Assembly (NCBI GenBank): GCA_003344405.1
Contig: NOWV01000012.1
Location: forward strand, 372,001-436,000
Length of the DNA stretch: 64,000 bases
Reading direction: 5' to 3'
Source: Trichoplax sp. H2
Lineage: Eukaryota
Positions within the stretch are counted from its first letter, which is position 1; each line of letters starts with the position of its first letter. Shown piece after piece: positions 41,463-55,200 of this stretch. A program made the position numbers and the translations under genes. Below the pieces are notes generated by a model. It made no database searches. It was not told the origin of the DNA and saw nothing but the letters and a program-made list of their open reading frames with translations.

Positions 41463-42122
41463 GTACCAATACTGAAATCAAGATCCATTTACTTGAATGC
41501 TTGTCTGATGTTGATGCAATCTTTACTTTAATTAAATTTATTTTTCACTGTAGAGTAATTAAAAAATTCGCAATGAATAGTCTACTATAAGGCTTCACGT
41601 ATGAAACCTGCTTAAAGACTTTCAATAAGTGAGTTTAATTAATGTGTGATATCTAAAATAACAACCAATATCTAATTCTTTCTAAAGGTTGATTAAAAAA
41701 ACGGATAGTTTTTAATAAACTTATAACTGTTTATGGAAAGGATTTCTCTAATTGTTAATAATAATATTTACACATATATTTAAAATCGTTGCAGATAGCT
41801 TATACATAGAGGTGCTACAGATTACATGCTATGTGTGTCATCAATGATACGTATCATACACCATCTGAGCTCAGAATCACCTTCGGTAGATGCACTATAT
41901 ATTGTTTTTATATGGTAGCAATTTAGGAATTATGAATCATTACAGAGTTTTTCTCAAATTTATAATTCACTATAATATTTAGTATAAACTTATGGCCGAA
42001 ATTGATTAATACAATAATCTTAAGTTAAGATAAAAATGTTCAGAAATTGACGTGTTTTAACCGGAATTTTTGTATAATTTTCTGAAATCAAACTTTCAAG
42101 TAGTGATACATCGAGTATAAGC

Positions 42123-44186
42123 CTAACTTAAGGCTTTCCGAGCCATACTCTTCTTTTCTGGCGTTAAATGCTTCGGAAAGATTATATCAAAGGCAATAAT
42201 TAAATTTCCTTTCTTGTTCGATTCATTAGAAATAGGCATACCTTCACCAGGAACGGTTTTAGTAAATCCCGGTCTAAAATATAACATTGAAACAAATTAA
42301 TTTTATATTTACAATTTATTTAAAGTCGATGGATGCCATGTAAAGGTTAACTCCGTATTATGAATGAAACTTACTTAACAATTTCATTTATGGGAATGCT
42401 AAGAATGCGATTATCAAGAGTCTGAATTTCGATTAAACATCCTGCTAGAGCCTATTATATGATTAGGTAAAGAAGTATTAATACATTATATAATTTTTAT
42501 TCGTTCGTTTACGGAAGCAACTAGAACAAGCTTACGTCTGCTAGAGAAATTTTCGCTTTGTAGCAAAGATCAACTTCACTTCGAGTGAATCTATCATGTT
42601 CTCTATCTTTGACAATAAATACGATATCGGCTAACAGAAAAAACGGGGAGACAGTTAGGCAATTACAGAGCAAAATTAGCCTACACACAAAAATGATTTC
42701 TATGAGCAACTCACCAGCAATATTGTTGGGACCTTCGTCTCCCTTTTGTGGAAAAGTAATACGAGTGCCAGGTTTCCAACCTTTTTTCACAGGAATCGTA
42801 AGGATTTTTTCTCTTATACTAGTAGTATGGCCATCATCATTTAAAACCTAATAGTAATAACGCCGATTTTAAGTTATAATCAACAATAACAGCAATAGTG
42901 ATTACTCCCATAAGGACTGATTTACTCTTCAGATTTTCTTACCCTTCTAGAAACTTTCATTTTCTTAATACAACCAGTATAAAGTTCTTCTAATGATAGT
43001 AATAATTCTTTTTCTACTGGAGAATCTTGCTTCTTTCGTCCCCTTCCACGAATTCCACCGAAACCCATATCCGCATCAGATTCAGGTTGAAAATAATCTA
43101 TAGGTAAGTGTACGTATATTTTTTATAATCATTTAGTACAAATTTCTAATTTGCTAGTAATTGATGTTTGATGCTCAAAAATCGTACCAGCATAAGGATT
43201 ATTTCCACCAAAAAATTCCCGAAAGACTCTTTCAGCATCTCCGTGGAAAACATAACCTTCAGTAAATGTTTGACCTAATGTAGTGAAGATGAAGACTTAA
43301 TAATGCAATAATAAATCGAAAGGATTTTTATACACTAAAATATGCCCATATAAATGAAAATCTATGACTAAGACATTTGATGATAGAATTGCTAAGTTAG
43401 TAATACCTTCTGCTTCAGACATAGGAACGCCAGCTTTGAGCCCTTCTTCTCCATACTGATCATATATCGCTCTTCTTATCCCTGTAAAGTAGAGGTTAAT
43501 ATTTTGTTATTCGATTTGACTACAATAGGGCCATTAGTAGTGCTCACTTTCTATACTATCAGTCTACAGTCTACACGATTGTGCTATATTAAATGTATTT
43601 TGGGGGTCGATATAATATTCCAATATAAATGCATCATATTTTCACTGACCATTGCTTAACACATCGTAAGCTTCAGAAACCTCTTTAAATTTATCTACAG
43701 CATCTATGGCTGTATTTCTATCTGGATGATATTTTAATGCAAACTTGCGATACCTATATACGAATAGAAATAAAATGGCAACAAGTATTAGGCTACATAT
43801 GATGCTGCTTCTATTTAAAAAATCATGTCTTTGCTATCTATATTGATGCTTTACTTGACATCGCCTATTGTACATTCTAATTTTTAACATTTCAGCAGGT
43901 AAGAAGATAGTTTATAAGCTGATTCAATTACCAAACACTCTGATTGAATATGATGCATAATTGAGTATATCATTATTTAACACGTAATTTTCAGTTTGGA
44001 TGATTGTATCTTATTACTAATAGAATATGGGTCAACTTTTTCCTGCTATCATGACTAACAATCTGAAATTATAGTATATCCAAGTATGTACAATAAATGG
44101 ATGCAAATAGGAACTTACGCTTTTTTGATATCTTGGCTTTTTACATTTTGAGTTATTTGCAATATCTTGTAATAATCTTTTCCCAT
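42123..44186 (-). CDS. DNAJB13: DnaJ homolog subfamily B member 13 (radial spoke RSP16-like HSP40)
   Basis: [12 protein letters not shown]...[11 protein letters not shown]...[14 protein letters not shown]...[23 protein letters not shown]...[38 protein letters not shown]...[24 protein letters not shown]...KTVPGEGMP. The YVFHG...FFGGNNP segment and short G/F region are typical of DNAJB13. Confidence 0.92.
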
Positions 44187-44437
44187 CTTTGCGCGACTCA
44201 CCACAGTTTACAACTGAACAAGCAAAATTAGCAAAAAATTAAGGGTGCAGTAACTTTCAAGGATGTTATTGATATGCGATAATGATTCTAACTTCTATGA
44301 GCGTATATAGCAATGGTCAAAGCAGTATTGCTGTACAGTACTGTACTGTATATACAGGTATCTTAACATTGACTATTATGCCATCGATAGAAAACCTTGC
44401 AGTCTTTACTACTGTTGGAAATGAAACACATTGGCCT

Positions 44438-44481
44438 GTTTCATGGTTAACAATCACTATAGCAACCGTTGCTATGTAAAC
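44438..44481. promoter_or_regulatory. Cluster of RFX X-box-like motifs upstream of DNAJB13
   Basis: GTTTCATGGTTAAC (44438-44451), ATCACTATAGCAAC (44453-44466) and GTTGCTATGTAAAC (44468-44481) lie 250-300 bp upstream of the ATG. Confidence 0.6.
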
Positions 44482-44509
44482 AAGATTTTTAGTGATTGGG
44501 GGTATCAGA

Positions 44510-45265
44510 CCAGTACTACAGTACTAATCGTGGACTGCATGTACAGTACAGTACTGTACTGTAATTCATAGCTACAGTAATACAGTACTACAGTGTACTG
44601 TACTCTACTGTACTGTATACGCAATCAGGCGTTTCCGTTTATGGTATGTGCATACTATGGCTGGTAAAATTTTTAGCACCATGAATTATGACATACAGTA
44701 CAGTACAGTACTGTACTGTACAGTATGAGTAAGAAGCACAAGCAGAGTCCCGTCCAGTACTGTACACTGTACACTGTACAGTGCTCGAGCGAGGTGCCTT
44801 ATTAATGTACTGTACATACTTATACAGTACTGTACATTGACTGAACAAGAACAGAAATGTTTGAAATAGTGGAAGACGATATTGCAATAGGACAAGTGTC
44901 TGGTCGTCCGATGTCCATGTGCATTGCGCTTTACTGTACACTATGAGTAAGAAGCACAAGCAGAGTCCAGTCCAGTACTGTACACTGTACACTGTACACT
45001 GTACTGTACAGTGCTCGAGCGAGGTGCCTTTTTAGATGCTTATACAGTACTATACATTGACTGAACAAGAACAGAAATGTTTGAAATAGTGGAAGACGAT
45101 ATTGCAATAGGACAAGTGTCTGGTCGTCCGATGTCCACGTGCATTGCGCTTTACAGTACAGTATGAGTAAGAAGCACAAGCAGAGTCCAGTCCAGTACTG
45201 TACACTGTACACTGTACAGTGCTCGAGCGAGGTGCCTTAGACGCTTATAACAGTACAGTACAGTA
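44510..45265. repeat. TACAG/CTGTA-rich tract containing ~2.4 tandem copies of a ~219-bp unit
   Basis: atgagtaagaagcacaagcagagtcc occurs at 44725, 44943 and 45163. Units are near-identical apart from TACAG/TACACTG copy number. Confidence 0.92.
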
Positions 45266-47679
45266 GACATTTGCCTGATGTTGGTCACGTGAAAATCAAC
45301 CATTACAGTACATTACGTTACTACAGTCCCGTATCAAAGAAACTGTGAGTTTCCAATTTTACCACTGTACTGTAGTTGTACGTATGAGAAGCCGCGGGCG
45401 AAAATATAATCGAACTTTCTCCACTGGAGACAAATTGCGATCCACTGACTGAATCACTGAATGCAGTACATCGATCAGCTTTTCCTAGTTGGAGCTTGGT
45501 ATTTTCTCTTCAATAGGCTAATTTCCCACCAATAGTCATATCGATAAGATCATTACCTAGGTAATGTATGTATATATAGAGAGGAAATGAATAGGTCTAG
45601 GATACAATGTTAATATTGTTTTCTTGCTTTCCGTTTTCAAGAACATAACTTTCACAATTGCGCCAATGTCTGATAATGATCATTATCATTAAGCGTAGAC
45701 GCGTAATAAACTATCGAAAGCACTGTAAATCAGCGGATATCCAAAGTGTACTACATATATTCGGAATAGATCAATTTAGCTCAATATTTTTACACTACGG
45801 GATAACATGTTCATGAGTAACTTATCCATTGTAGGATACGAGTAGATAAAGAGAAAGATGTAGCCAATAGGTTGGTCGATGGCAATAAGTACCGAACGAT
45901 AATCAATAATCAATTCATGAGTATGTATGGGTAAGCATATTAAATCGCAAATACACGAGTTGGAGAAGGCGAACCGAAGTCAACACAGCAGTACAGTCTA
46001 TTAAGCACTTTGTGGTCATTTTCGAACTTAATAAGTACATATTTGTAGATAAACATGTAGTTGATTACAATCAATAGGAGAAGATAATCAGTAGCTACCG
46101 ATAGAATACGTTGCGCCATCCCCAATGATGCTCTATATGGAAAAGACTGACCATTATGATAATCGTTTCATACAACAACCATTGCTAACGACATGCATGG
46201 ATGCATGATACTGTAATACTCTACTACATGTAGCAACTATTGGACTGTAGATTTAAAAAGATTGTTTGCAATGGTTAATGGATAGGGAGTAGCAGCGACA
46301 GCACGATAACGCAATTGTATATAAGTAGAGTATCATCGCCATCCTAAATCCGAAATAGAAGTACGTACTAAGTGATTATGACGGTAAAGATTATCCGCCA
46401 TAATCACTTAATATAGTCATTCCTAAGTATAGTAAAACACATGAAGTGAATGATCAAGCTTTACTCATCCGCGGTGCTGCAGTAATAACTGTCATTCGAT
46501 TGGATTGGATAGGGCACGATTACTATACGATTATGCATCGGCAAGTAGAGTATCCTGGAGACATTGCTAACTACATTATTATTACGTCGTACACAACCGC
46601 CTGTTCTCCTACATTCCATTTTATACAGTACACACCAGACAGCCATTATGAATTCCCCTCATTCAATTTCTAGAAGACAATAATGTGTAACCGATGTCAT
46701 TCGTGAAACCCCTCCTTCCGTAATATCGAATTGGACTACAGTATAGGGGAAAGTTGAGAACCAACTTTCGACAAGACTAATCGCCATGACTTGCAAATAT
46801 GGCTTTACAGTACTAGTGTCATACCGTCAGCTAGAATCCGCCGCGCTACGGTTCATATATATTTTTTTTTTTTTTTCATTCATACACGTAACTCCATAAT
46901 GATATTGTGATAGAGCGATCATCTTCGTAATGCCTAGTAGCAAGCTTTACGCGTAGAATCATGATTTTGATACATTGAAAGGAAGCCAGAACGATCATTA
47001 AACATTGCTACTTTGTGCAACTGATGGCCATTTCGTGTCGATAGTACCAACTATTAATGATGCAATGTGAGATCATGTCAAGTACCGTACTTGAAAAATT
47101 TTTAAGCTTAAATCATGATAGACTCACTGCGTAATATTGCTGTTATATACAGTACAAGTTTCAATTTGAAATGGTACGATATGCCAAGCACGTTGTTAGC
47201 AAAAGAAAACCCGTAGCAGAGTATAGCTGGAATGTTGCAAAATAGGAGAGCATGCAATAAACAGGTTGTAGGTTAATCAAACGATTATAGTAACAATAAA
47301 GTGCTGATTAATCTCTTTTTTTCTTGCGCTTTAAATACTACCCGCTATCCATCATATTGCAGATTATATATACGCGTAATTATGTATCATAGCAAAGCTT
47401 AGCGTTACGTACTCAAACTTACAGTATACGCCTATACAATTTCGCATACTAATAAGTACTAACTAGTACGTTTATGCTTAAATAAATGCAGTACATGCCA
47501 CTTCAATTCTTAATAATGGTATAGTAAAAGAATTACCGTTAAACATAACATTTCATATACCTACTTTCTCTTTGCTAATAAAGCCATACTTTTTACTTTT
47601 ATGTCTTAAAGTTGATGCTCTATCGATATAATACTTGAATAAATACTTCATCGCCAAGAAAGGTAATCACAACCGAGAT

Positions 47680-50600
47680 ATGGCCGCTTCAATAGATCCA
47701 TTAGGTGTTGCTAAAAATTTAATAGAAGTGTCAGTTTTGAAAACATGGCATGAAAGTATAGTGCCTTCATATCCAGACATCCAGCCCTCTAAACAATCAC
47801 CATTTCAATATTGTTCCAATATAAATCAAAAGTTGGTCCTATGGTAAGTCAGGAAAAAGTTAGCATAAATTTTGAGCGTAATATCATATTTTTATTATAC
47901 TGAAAGATGTTATTTGTATCATGCTGCCAATTTTAAGAAATTGGAATGCTGAACTTATCATATGGTATTACTTCGGTACTCTGAATGGATCTTGTCTTAT
48001 TTTAGGACTGGTGATATTACTACACTAAAGGTAGATGCTATTGTTAATCCTACGAACGAAAATCTTTCTGTCATGTCTCCAATCAACCAGAAAATATTCG
48101 AAATTGCAGGACCAAGTTTACATAGAGATATACGTGATGAGATTGGCAGTAAGTAGCTAGCAAGAATGTAATATTAGATTTTCAAGGAAAAAGTAAAAGA
48201 AACCCAATAATTAACTTGTAGTCTTTTGCTTAGTTTAGGTCATGATTACAATAGTGTTATATCTTCGTTGATTTTGTATGTGATTCATTCTCAATATAAG
48301 CCGTAATGTATAATTATTGTACGTATTTGTTATTCTTACAGAATGTGCTACTGGAGAATCGAAATTATCCAAGGGCTATAATTTACCATCAAGGTTGGAA
48401 GTGTGTATAATTATTGTAATTGCAACAGAGTGTAGCAACTACTGTCTTTTGTATCGTGCTCTAAGGAAATGACTGTCGTACCAATGTGACACCAGTAATA
48501 ATTTACCCATTATTTCACTTGTATTTTAGATATGTTATTCATACGGTTGGTCCAAAATACAATCCTAGATACTTGTCAGCTGTAGAAAATGCGCTTTACA
48601 GGAGTTATAGATCGTCCTTGTTAATTGCAGGGTAAATAATCCCCTTATTTATCTCAATGTCTACCGCTTGCCTACCTCTGACGTTGCATAAAATTTTCTT
48701 ACGTTAGCGAGTACAAGGTCCGATCAATCGCTATTCCTACCGTCCATCTTCATCAACGTGGTTTCCCAGTATCTGAGGGAGCACATATAGCACTAAGTGA
48801 GCACTAAAATATTACACTGTCCATCTTCAATATTCATAGCAATCACTAATTACATATGAGTTTAATAAAAACTCTTATAGGTATTTATTACTAATTATGG
48901 AATTATTTTTGTAGGAACTGTCAGAAGGTACTTAGAGCACCAAAGTTGTACACTCGAAACAGTTATCTTTATCTTGGATGATACGGAAATGGTACGATAT
49001 ATAACATCAATAAAATAATAATTGCCAATACAATTCAGACTTGACAAATATGTACGTCCTGTACGCATGTGTTTGGTATTGTGCGAAATACCGTACCATC
49101 TATTTGAAGATATATATGATATTAAAGGTATTAGTTTTAACTTTATTCAGGAAATATATAAGCGTTTGGCTGTATTATATTTTCCGAGAAGTAACGAAGA
49201 AGAAGCTTATGCTTTTGAAAATCTCCCTGAAGATATCGGTATTTATTAGAACCTATCCGTAATTCGTTTTAATTACAACAGTAGCATACCTGTTGCTAAA
49301 ACATTTCGTTATTTGGATAATTTAACTATTTGGAAAGGCAATGAATTCGGAGAGCCAACCATAAAAGAACGATCAATCCGTATCCAAGACAAGATAGTAA
49401 ATTCAGGTATGTATAGTACACTATAACTTAATATTCAAAAATATTTGAAATCTTTATATCAATTTTATCTATTAATTTCCGAATTACGGTTAAACAGAGG
49501 ATGAAAAAACTTTTACAAAATCGGATTCTGCTGCCTTCCGAGCATTTTCAAAAATGGCTGGAGATCATGATATAGCAAGATCTGAATTGATACAATCGAA
49601 AAGTAAAAAGACTTCACAGTTGCAACAAAATGCGAAGAGGTAACATAAATTCTAATTTTTGTATAAATTTTAGCTGATAGGTATGAAACTTATAATTCTC
49701 TGTTTACAGTTAAAGCCGCTCTCGTATAACTTGATCATAGCACTTTGAATATATAGACGTAATTAATATAATAAAACAATTATTTGAGTTACAAGTTTAT
49801 CCCATTTCTTGAACAAGATACCAAACTTGGTTGAAATTAGCACGCACATTGGACACCAAAGATATTATAAAATTAAAAGCTCTGTACAAGTCAGGTAATA
49901 ACTTCTGAATCGTTTATGGTCATGGTTTATTCTTTAATGGTGTAATGTAACAAATCATTAGGAGTAGACCAGTACGGACGATCTGTCATTGTTTTCATTG
50001 GCAATAATTTTCCAGCTCATCTTACCGATCTAAATAAGGTTACATTTACTATCTTAATTATCGTTGCAAATCAATAGTATTTTCGATAAACTTTATACCG
50101 TCTCATATTAACATATTTTTATTATCACATTGAATAGGCGATTTCTTATTATGCGTATCTGATGGATGATATGGTAGATAACGATTATATAGCAATCTAC
50201 TTCCATACATTAACCAATGCTGAGCAACGTCCACCTGCGAATTTCTTAAAGCTAGTTTATCAAACATTAGACCCAAAGTAGGCCAGCTTTGCGCACTATT
50301 ATTGATTTTCACTGACAGTCAACTAAAGTTGTACAATTATGGATTTTAGATATCACAAAAATTTGAAAGCCTTTTATGTGGTTCATCCTTCTTGGTGGCT
50401 CAAGGTATTATAATGATAGAAAGAAATTTTATATTCAAAATAATCTCGGTATACATATTTCCCTTCAAATTTTAATGGTCTTCCTGGTTGCTGTGCGCAA
50501 TTACGGCTCCGAGACTAGAAAGTAAGCAACGTAATATTAATAATGCTCATTTCTCCTCAAATTTTAGTGGTCTTTCTGGTCGTTCTGTACATTTACGGCA

Positions 50601-50875
50601 CCGGAACTAAAAAGTAAATTACAGTATATTGATGACCTTAAGGATTTACTTAAATTTATACCCCGCGATCAATTCAGCATTCCACAATATCTCTTTGACG
50701 AAAATAGAAAGGTAGGGTATCGTTATTTTGATAAATTTTGCTCAAATTGATTATGATATAGTACTCTAAACATAACTACTAAAGAAACTAAGAGATAGTA
50801 TTTTAAATTTCATAATAGATGAACGGTAATTCTGTCACTACTCCTAACGCTGCTTCTCAACCTGATGAGTTATAG
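47680..50875 (+). CDS. GDAP2: Ganglioside-induced differentiation-associated protein 2 (Macro domain plus CRAL-TRIO/BCH domain)
   Basis: SPFQYCSNINQKLVLWTGDITTLKVDAIVNPTNE, SKGYNLPSRYVIHTVGPKY, EGAHIALRTVRRYLE, LYFPRSNEEE...LPEDIGNEFGEPTIKERSIRI, LYKSGVDQYGRSVIVFIG, DYIAIYFHT and KNLKAFYVVHPSWW. Confidence 0.95.
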
Positions 50876-52205
50876 AGAATTTTTGAATCAATTCAGTGAA
50901 GCTACGATAGGTGAATATCAGTATTATTTAAGGAAATAATTGAAAACATAATGACGTATGATTGTGGCTCAAATTATTTACCGTACTGTCTGCCTATTGA
51001 CAGCTTCACAGTAAATGAGCTAGGGAAGGTGTAATCTTTATAAGTTGTTCATTTAATTCCCAGATAAAATGTTGCAGTATCGTTTAACTATACTGTAGTT
51101 ACAGTTATTTAAGGTTAGCCGATCTGCTAATGTCTATAAACCGGAATACACGTAGATATTTTTAGCCAGAATAGTATATGATATTATTGGTATTTTTATT
51201 GGCAAATTACAAATATATATTAGGAATTTGTAAAAATCGTTACTATGGTATAAAATTTATAATGAAGTGTTTAACTGAGAATCGACTATTTGTACAATAT
51301 ATTATGATTTAAGACTACTTTAGCCAATCGTACATGTATAGGATACCAGCCGTCTTTCACTATAGAAGTTGTTTTTGAAGGTTATTGATATTATGCATTC
51401 TCTGTGATAACGATTAACTATAACCTTCAACTTAACTATGTACCATCCGAACATTCTTGCATTATTACTTTCAAATTGAAATAAAAATTTATATTATATT
51501 CTTGCAATGTACTCTGAATTATTTATTCTATTACTGCAATGGATTACTTTACGTTGCTAACATATAAAGTAGACTGCCTTCATACAAGTAAAACGGTAGA
51601 TATTTTGATATCACTGTGTACTAAATATATTACACTTTGTCTCCTCATTTTTTATGTCCATATTGCTAGTTAAATCTAAATAAATTAATTTTATTACCGT
51701 AAAAATTTTGATATGCAATGCATAGGTTAAACAACATAAGAGCAGGCACATTCAACAAAAACATACATTACAATATGGTAATATACTCATACATTGAAAA
51801 TGTAGATGCTAAGATATCAGAATCTATATGTAAATGACCAACTGCAACCCAAAATGCCATATGCCAATTATAGTAGCAGAAATCTTATACTGTAGAAGAC
51901 TAGTTTCAATTTCAAGCGCAAAGTAAGCTTAAATATTATTACATGTAACAGTGAATAGTACTCCGAACCATATTCTTAGTAATAACAAAGGCAGATCTTT
52001 TTTCGAATTATGATCGCCATTTAATAGGTCTTTGTGAGTTGATACGTAACATAATAAGTAAATGATATATTAATATATTTTTAATGTCTTTATCATGTGT
52101 ATTTTAATTTCACTCTTTTTGTGAAACATATCCGGTAATATTCTTACTCAGTATTGATGAGAAAATTAAGATATCCTCTTATTAAGATGTCTACTAACAA
52201 GCATG

Positions 52206-55200
52206 TTAACTAGTGCGACAATGGATAGGATGTTCACTTCTGTTATTACTGTTACTATTATCATTATCATTATCATCAGTATTATCATCATTATCATTAT
52301 TATTATCATCATTATTATTACTAAAATTGCCTCTACGATATATTACATTTAATAACATTATATCAAGAGGATCAGCATTCATTCTTCGCTGATTTGTGGA
52401 ACTGATAGAATCAATATCTTGACAATGCCTAGACTCCTGATCAGTAGGGGGCAATCGAGGACTCCATAATCTAATTACATGATCAATACCACTTGTTGCT
52501 AAGACACAAACACTGGGATGTGGCTGTAAACAGTTAACAATTGATTCATCACCACGTAAAACATGCAAAAGGTTTGCAGTCTCCCTATCCCAGATGAAAA
52601 ATGATCCGTCATCGCTTCCAGCCATAATAAATTGAGAATTTGCTCCGAAAAAATTTGCCTCCTTAATATCAGTTGTTGTATTGCAATGGCCGCAATAGCG
52701 CATTTTAAAATCAGAACATGCTACAGAATGTCTTGACTGATTGTCTTCCGATTGGTTACGACTTCTTTCGCGTTCTTTACAATAAATAAAAAATCATTTT
52801 AACAGTTGTATAATATTAAATACTAAATGATAATTCAAAAATTTAACAACGATCATAAAATTTGTCGTAATTAATATTAAAGACATCTTTGAATTTTATT
52901 GCCGTAACACAGTATACTACAATACGATGTTTAGCGTTAAAAGAAATACCCTTACCGGCATTGGCCATTCCATTTTTAATCTCAGATTCTAAACTCTTTA
53001 CGGGATCCTCATTAGCAAAGCGAGGGAAGCAAGACTTTATATAATCTAGGCAAGCTAATGACTCCTTATAATATCGAAGATTATTAAGACATCGGCTTAA
53101 GCGAGTCCATGACTTGAAATGGTTTGGATCTAGCGATAATGACATCTGGCAATCCCTTAACGCCGCATATACATCACCATCCCTATTACAAGAGTATACA
53201 ATAAGATGTCTTTAACGTAATCGTTGTAGAGTAGAAAAGTACGAAAGTCGAGATTAAAATTAAAATATGTAATCGCAAGAACTACTGTATAAAAAAATCG
53301 AAATAGAAAGCCTTTCAGAATGAATAAACAATTACTTACCACCCTCTACAAAGGTACGCTGCTGCACGATTAGAATACAATAGAGGATTATCTACGCCAA
53401 GTGATAATGCTAAATTATAGTATTGTATTGCTAAGTTGAACATTTTACAGTTGTATGCGTCATTTCCTCGTATTTTCAGCGATTCAGCACGAGCAGGTAA
53501 TACTGAAGAATGATTAAGTTTTACTTTCTTGTGTTTAAGATCGGTAAAAGATAGCTTATCCATATTAATATTAGAGGATTCATGATTTGTTAGCTGGCTG
53601 ATAAAATGACAACTATTGGAAGTAGACATTTGAAAATCGTCGACAGTAAATTTTAGAGGCCGAACTTCTTGAAATACATCGAAAAGATATACTTGCTCAC
53701 CACCTAGATTAGCAAGTAATTCTTGACCATTAGGACTAAATGTGGTATATGTGACCGTTACTGGCCTTTGCACAATATTATATCGGATACCACTCCCTTG
53801 TTTATTCAAGTGACCAGCTGTAAAGCTGCGGATGTAGCCTTTTACGGTCTCTGAAGTAGACTTTGGGCCTACCTTCAACATGCGTGTATCGTATAGCCTT
53901 ACGTACTGGTCATTGCAACCTACTGCTAAAAGTTCAGGTCGCATACTATTTACATCCAAGCATTTAACTTCGGAAGGGTAATCTCTAATAGCGCGATTAG
54001 CAACATTGATTAATACGTTGCTACATGATTGACCATCCTGACAAGTGTGATTTTCGCGTAAATCGAATTGTCTACAGATGATAGGTAATAATATAACATC
54101 ATAAAACTAGTAACTTTGATATTTTTCGAGATCAAAATAGTAACATAAAATAAAATCTTATAGAAATAGTGATAGCGAAACATAGTAGATTCTTATCGGT
54201 AATTTAATTTAAAATTTACTAGCTAGTCACTAGCAATTCTAATTTATATAACACAATACGAAAACATATTATTGAGATCGTAAGATTTAATAGGTTGTTT
54301 ACAATATCAAACAGGTAAATGTAATTATTGAACAGTATTATATTTACCTGACTGTTCCATCCTCGCTGGCACTCCAAAATAAGTAGGGCATGCTAGCAGT
54401 ATTGGCCAAGCGTTTCACTCGATTTGTATGGCAACGAAAAGTTTGTTGAGTGCTACTATATTTGACTGAATGCAGCTTTATTTTGTTGTCGGCAGCACCA
54501 GATAATACTAGACTATTTCTTGAATTAGGTACAAACTAGAAATTTAAGAAAGCTTAGGTCAATATTGTATTGTATCAACTTAATCCGATAGAAACTTATG
54601 CGTATCAAAATGGTCAATCTCCTATGTCATTTATTGTAACTGTAACTGTAATTGTAAAACTAATGCAGTATCTACCAGAGCTATACTTCAATGAATACCT
54701 TAACAGAAAATATATTGCCAACGTGTCCACTGTTTAATGACCAAACTTGTTTGTGGCGTAACGGGTCCCATAAGATAAATTTAAGATCATCAGATCCGGA
54801 AGCTAATAACCTGATTGCAATTTAGATAATCAAGATCAATTCTTAGTGACTCCACTTGTACAAATTAACTCTTACGGGCACCAATATTGCTACTAATAAG
54901 AAGAGCCTGTTATTATGTTACATATATCTCTTCCTTACCTACATAAAATGTATAGTATCATTTTAACTATCTTTAACATTTAGTTTTGATAAACTACACA
55001 GAGTGTTGTAATAATGATAGGAAAACTGTTATAAATCTTTCTATTTTTATTACTTCCAGATTTGGATTAAAGTCTAACTACAAGGGAGGATCATTAACTC
55101 ATATGAATACTGTCATACAGCCGTGGTTACTTGCAGGTTTTTACTCGATGAAGGAGATTTAATACTGCAAAGGTGGCCAATTATTATTAGTTATGTTGAA

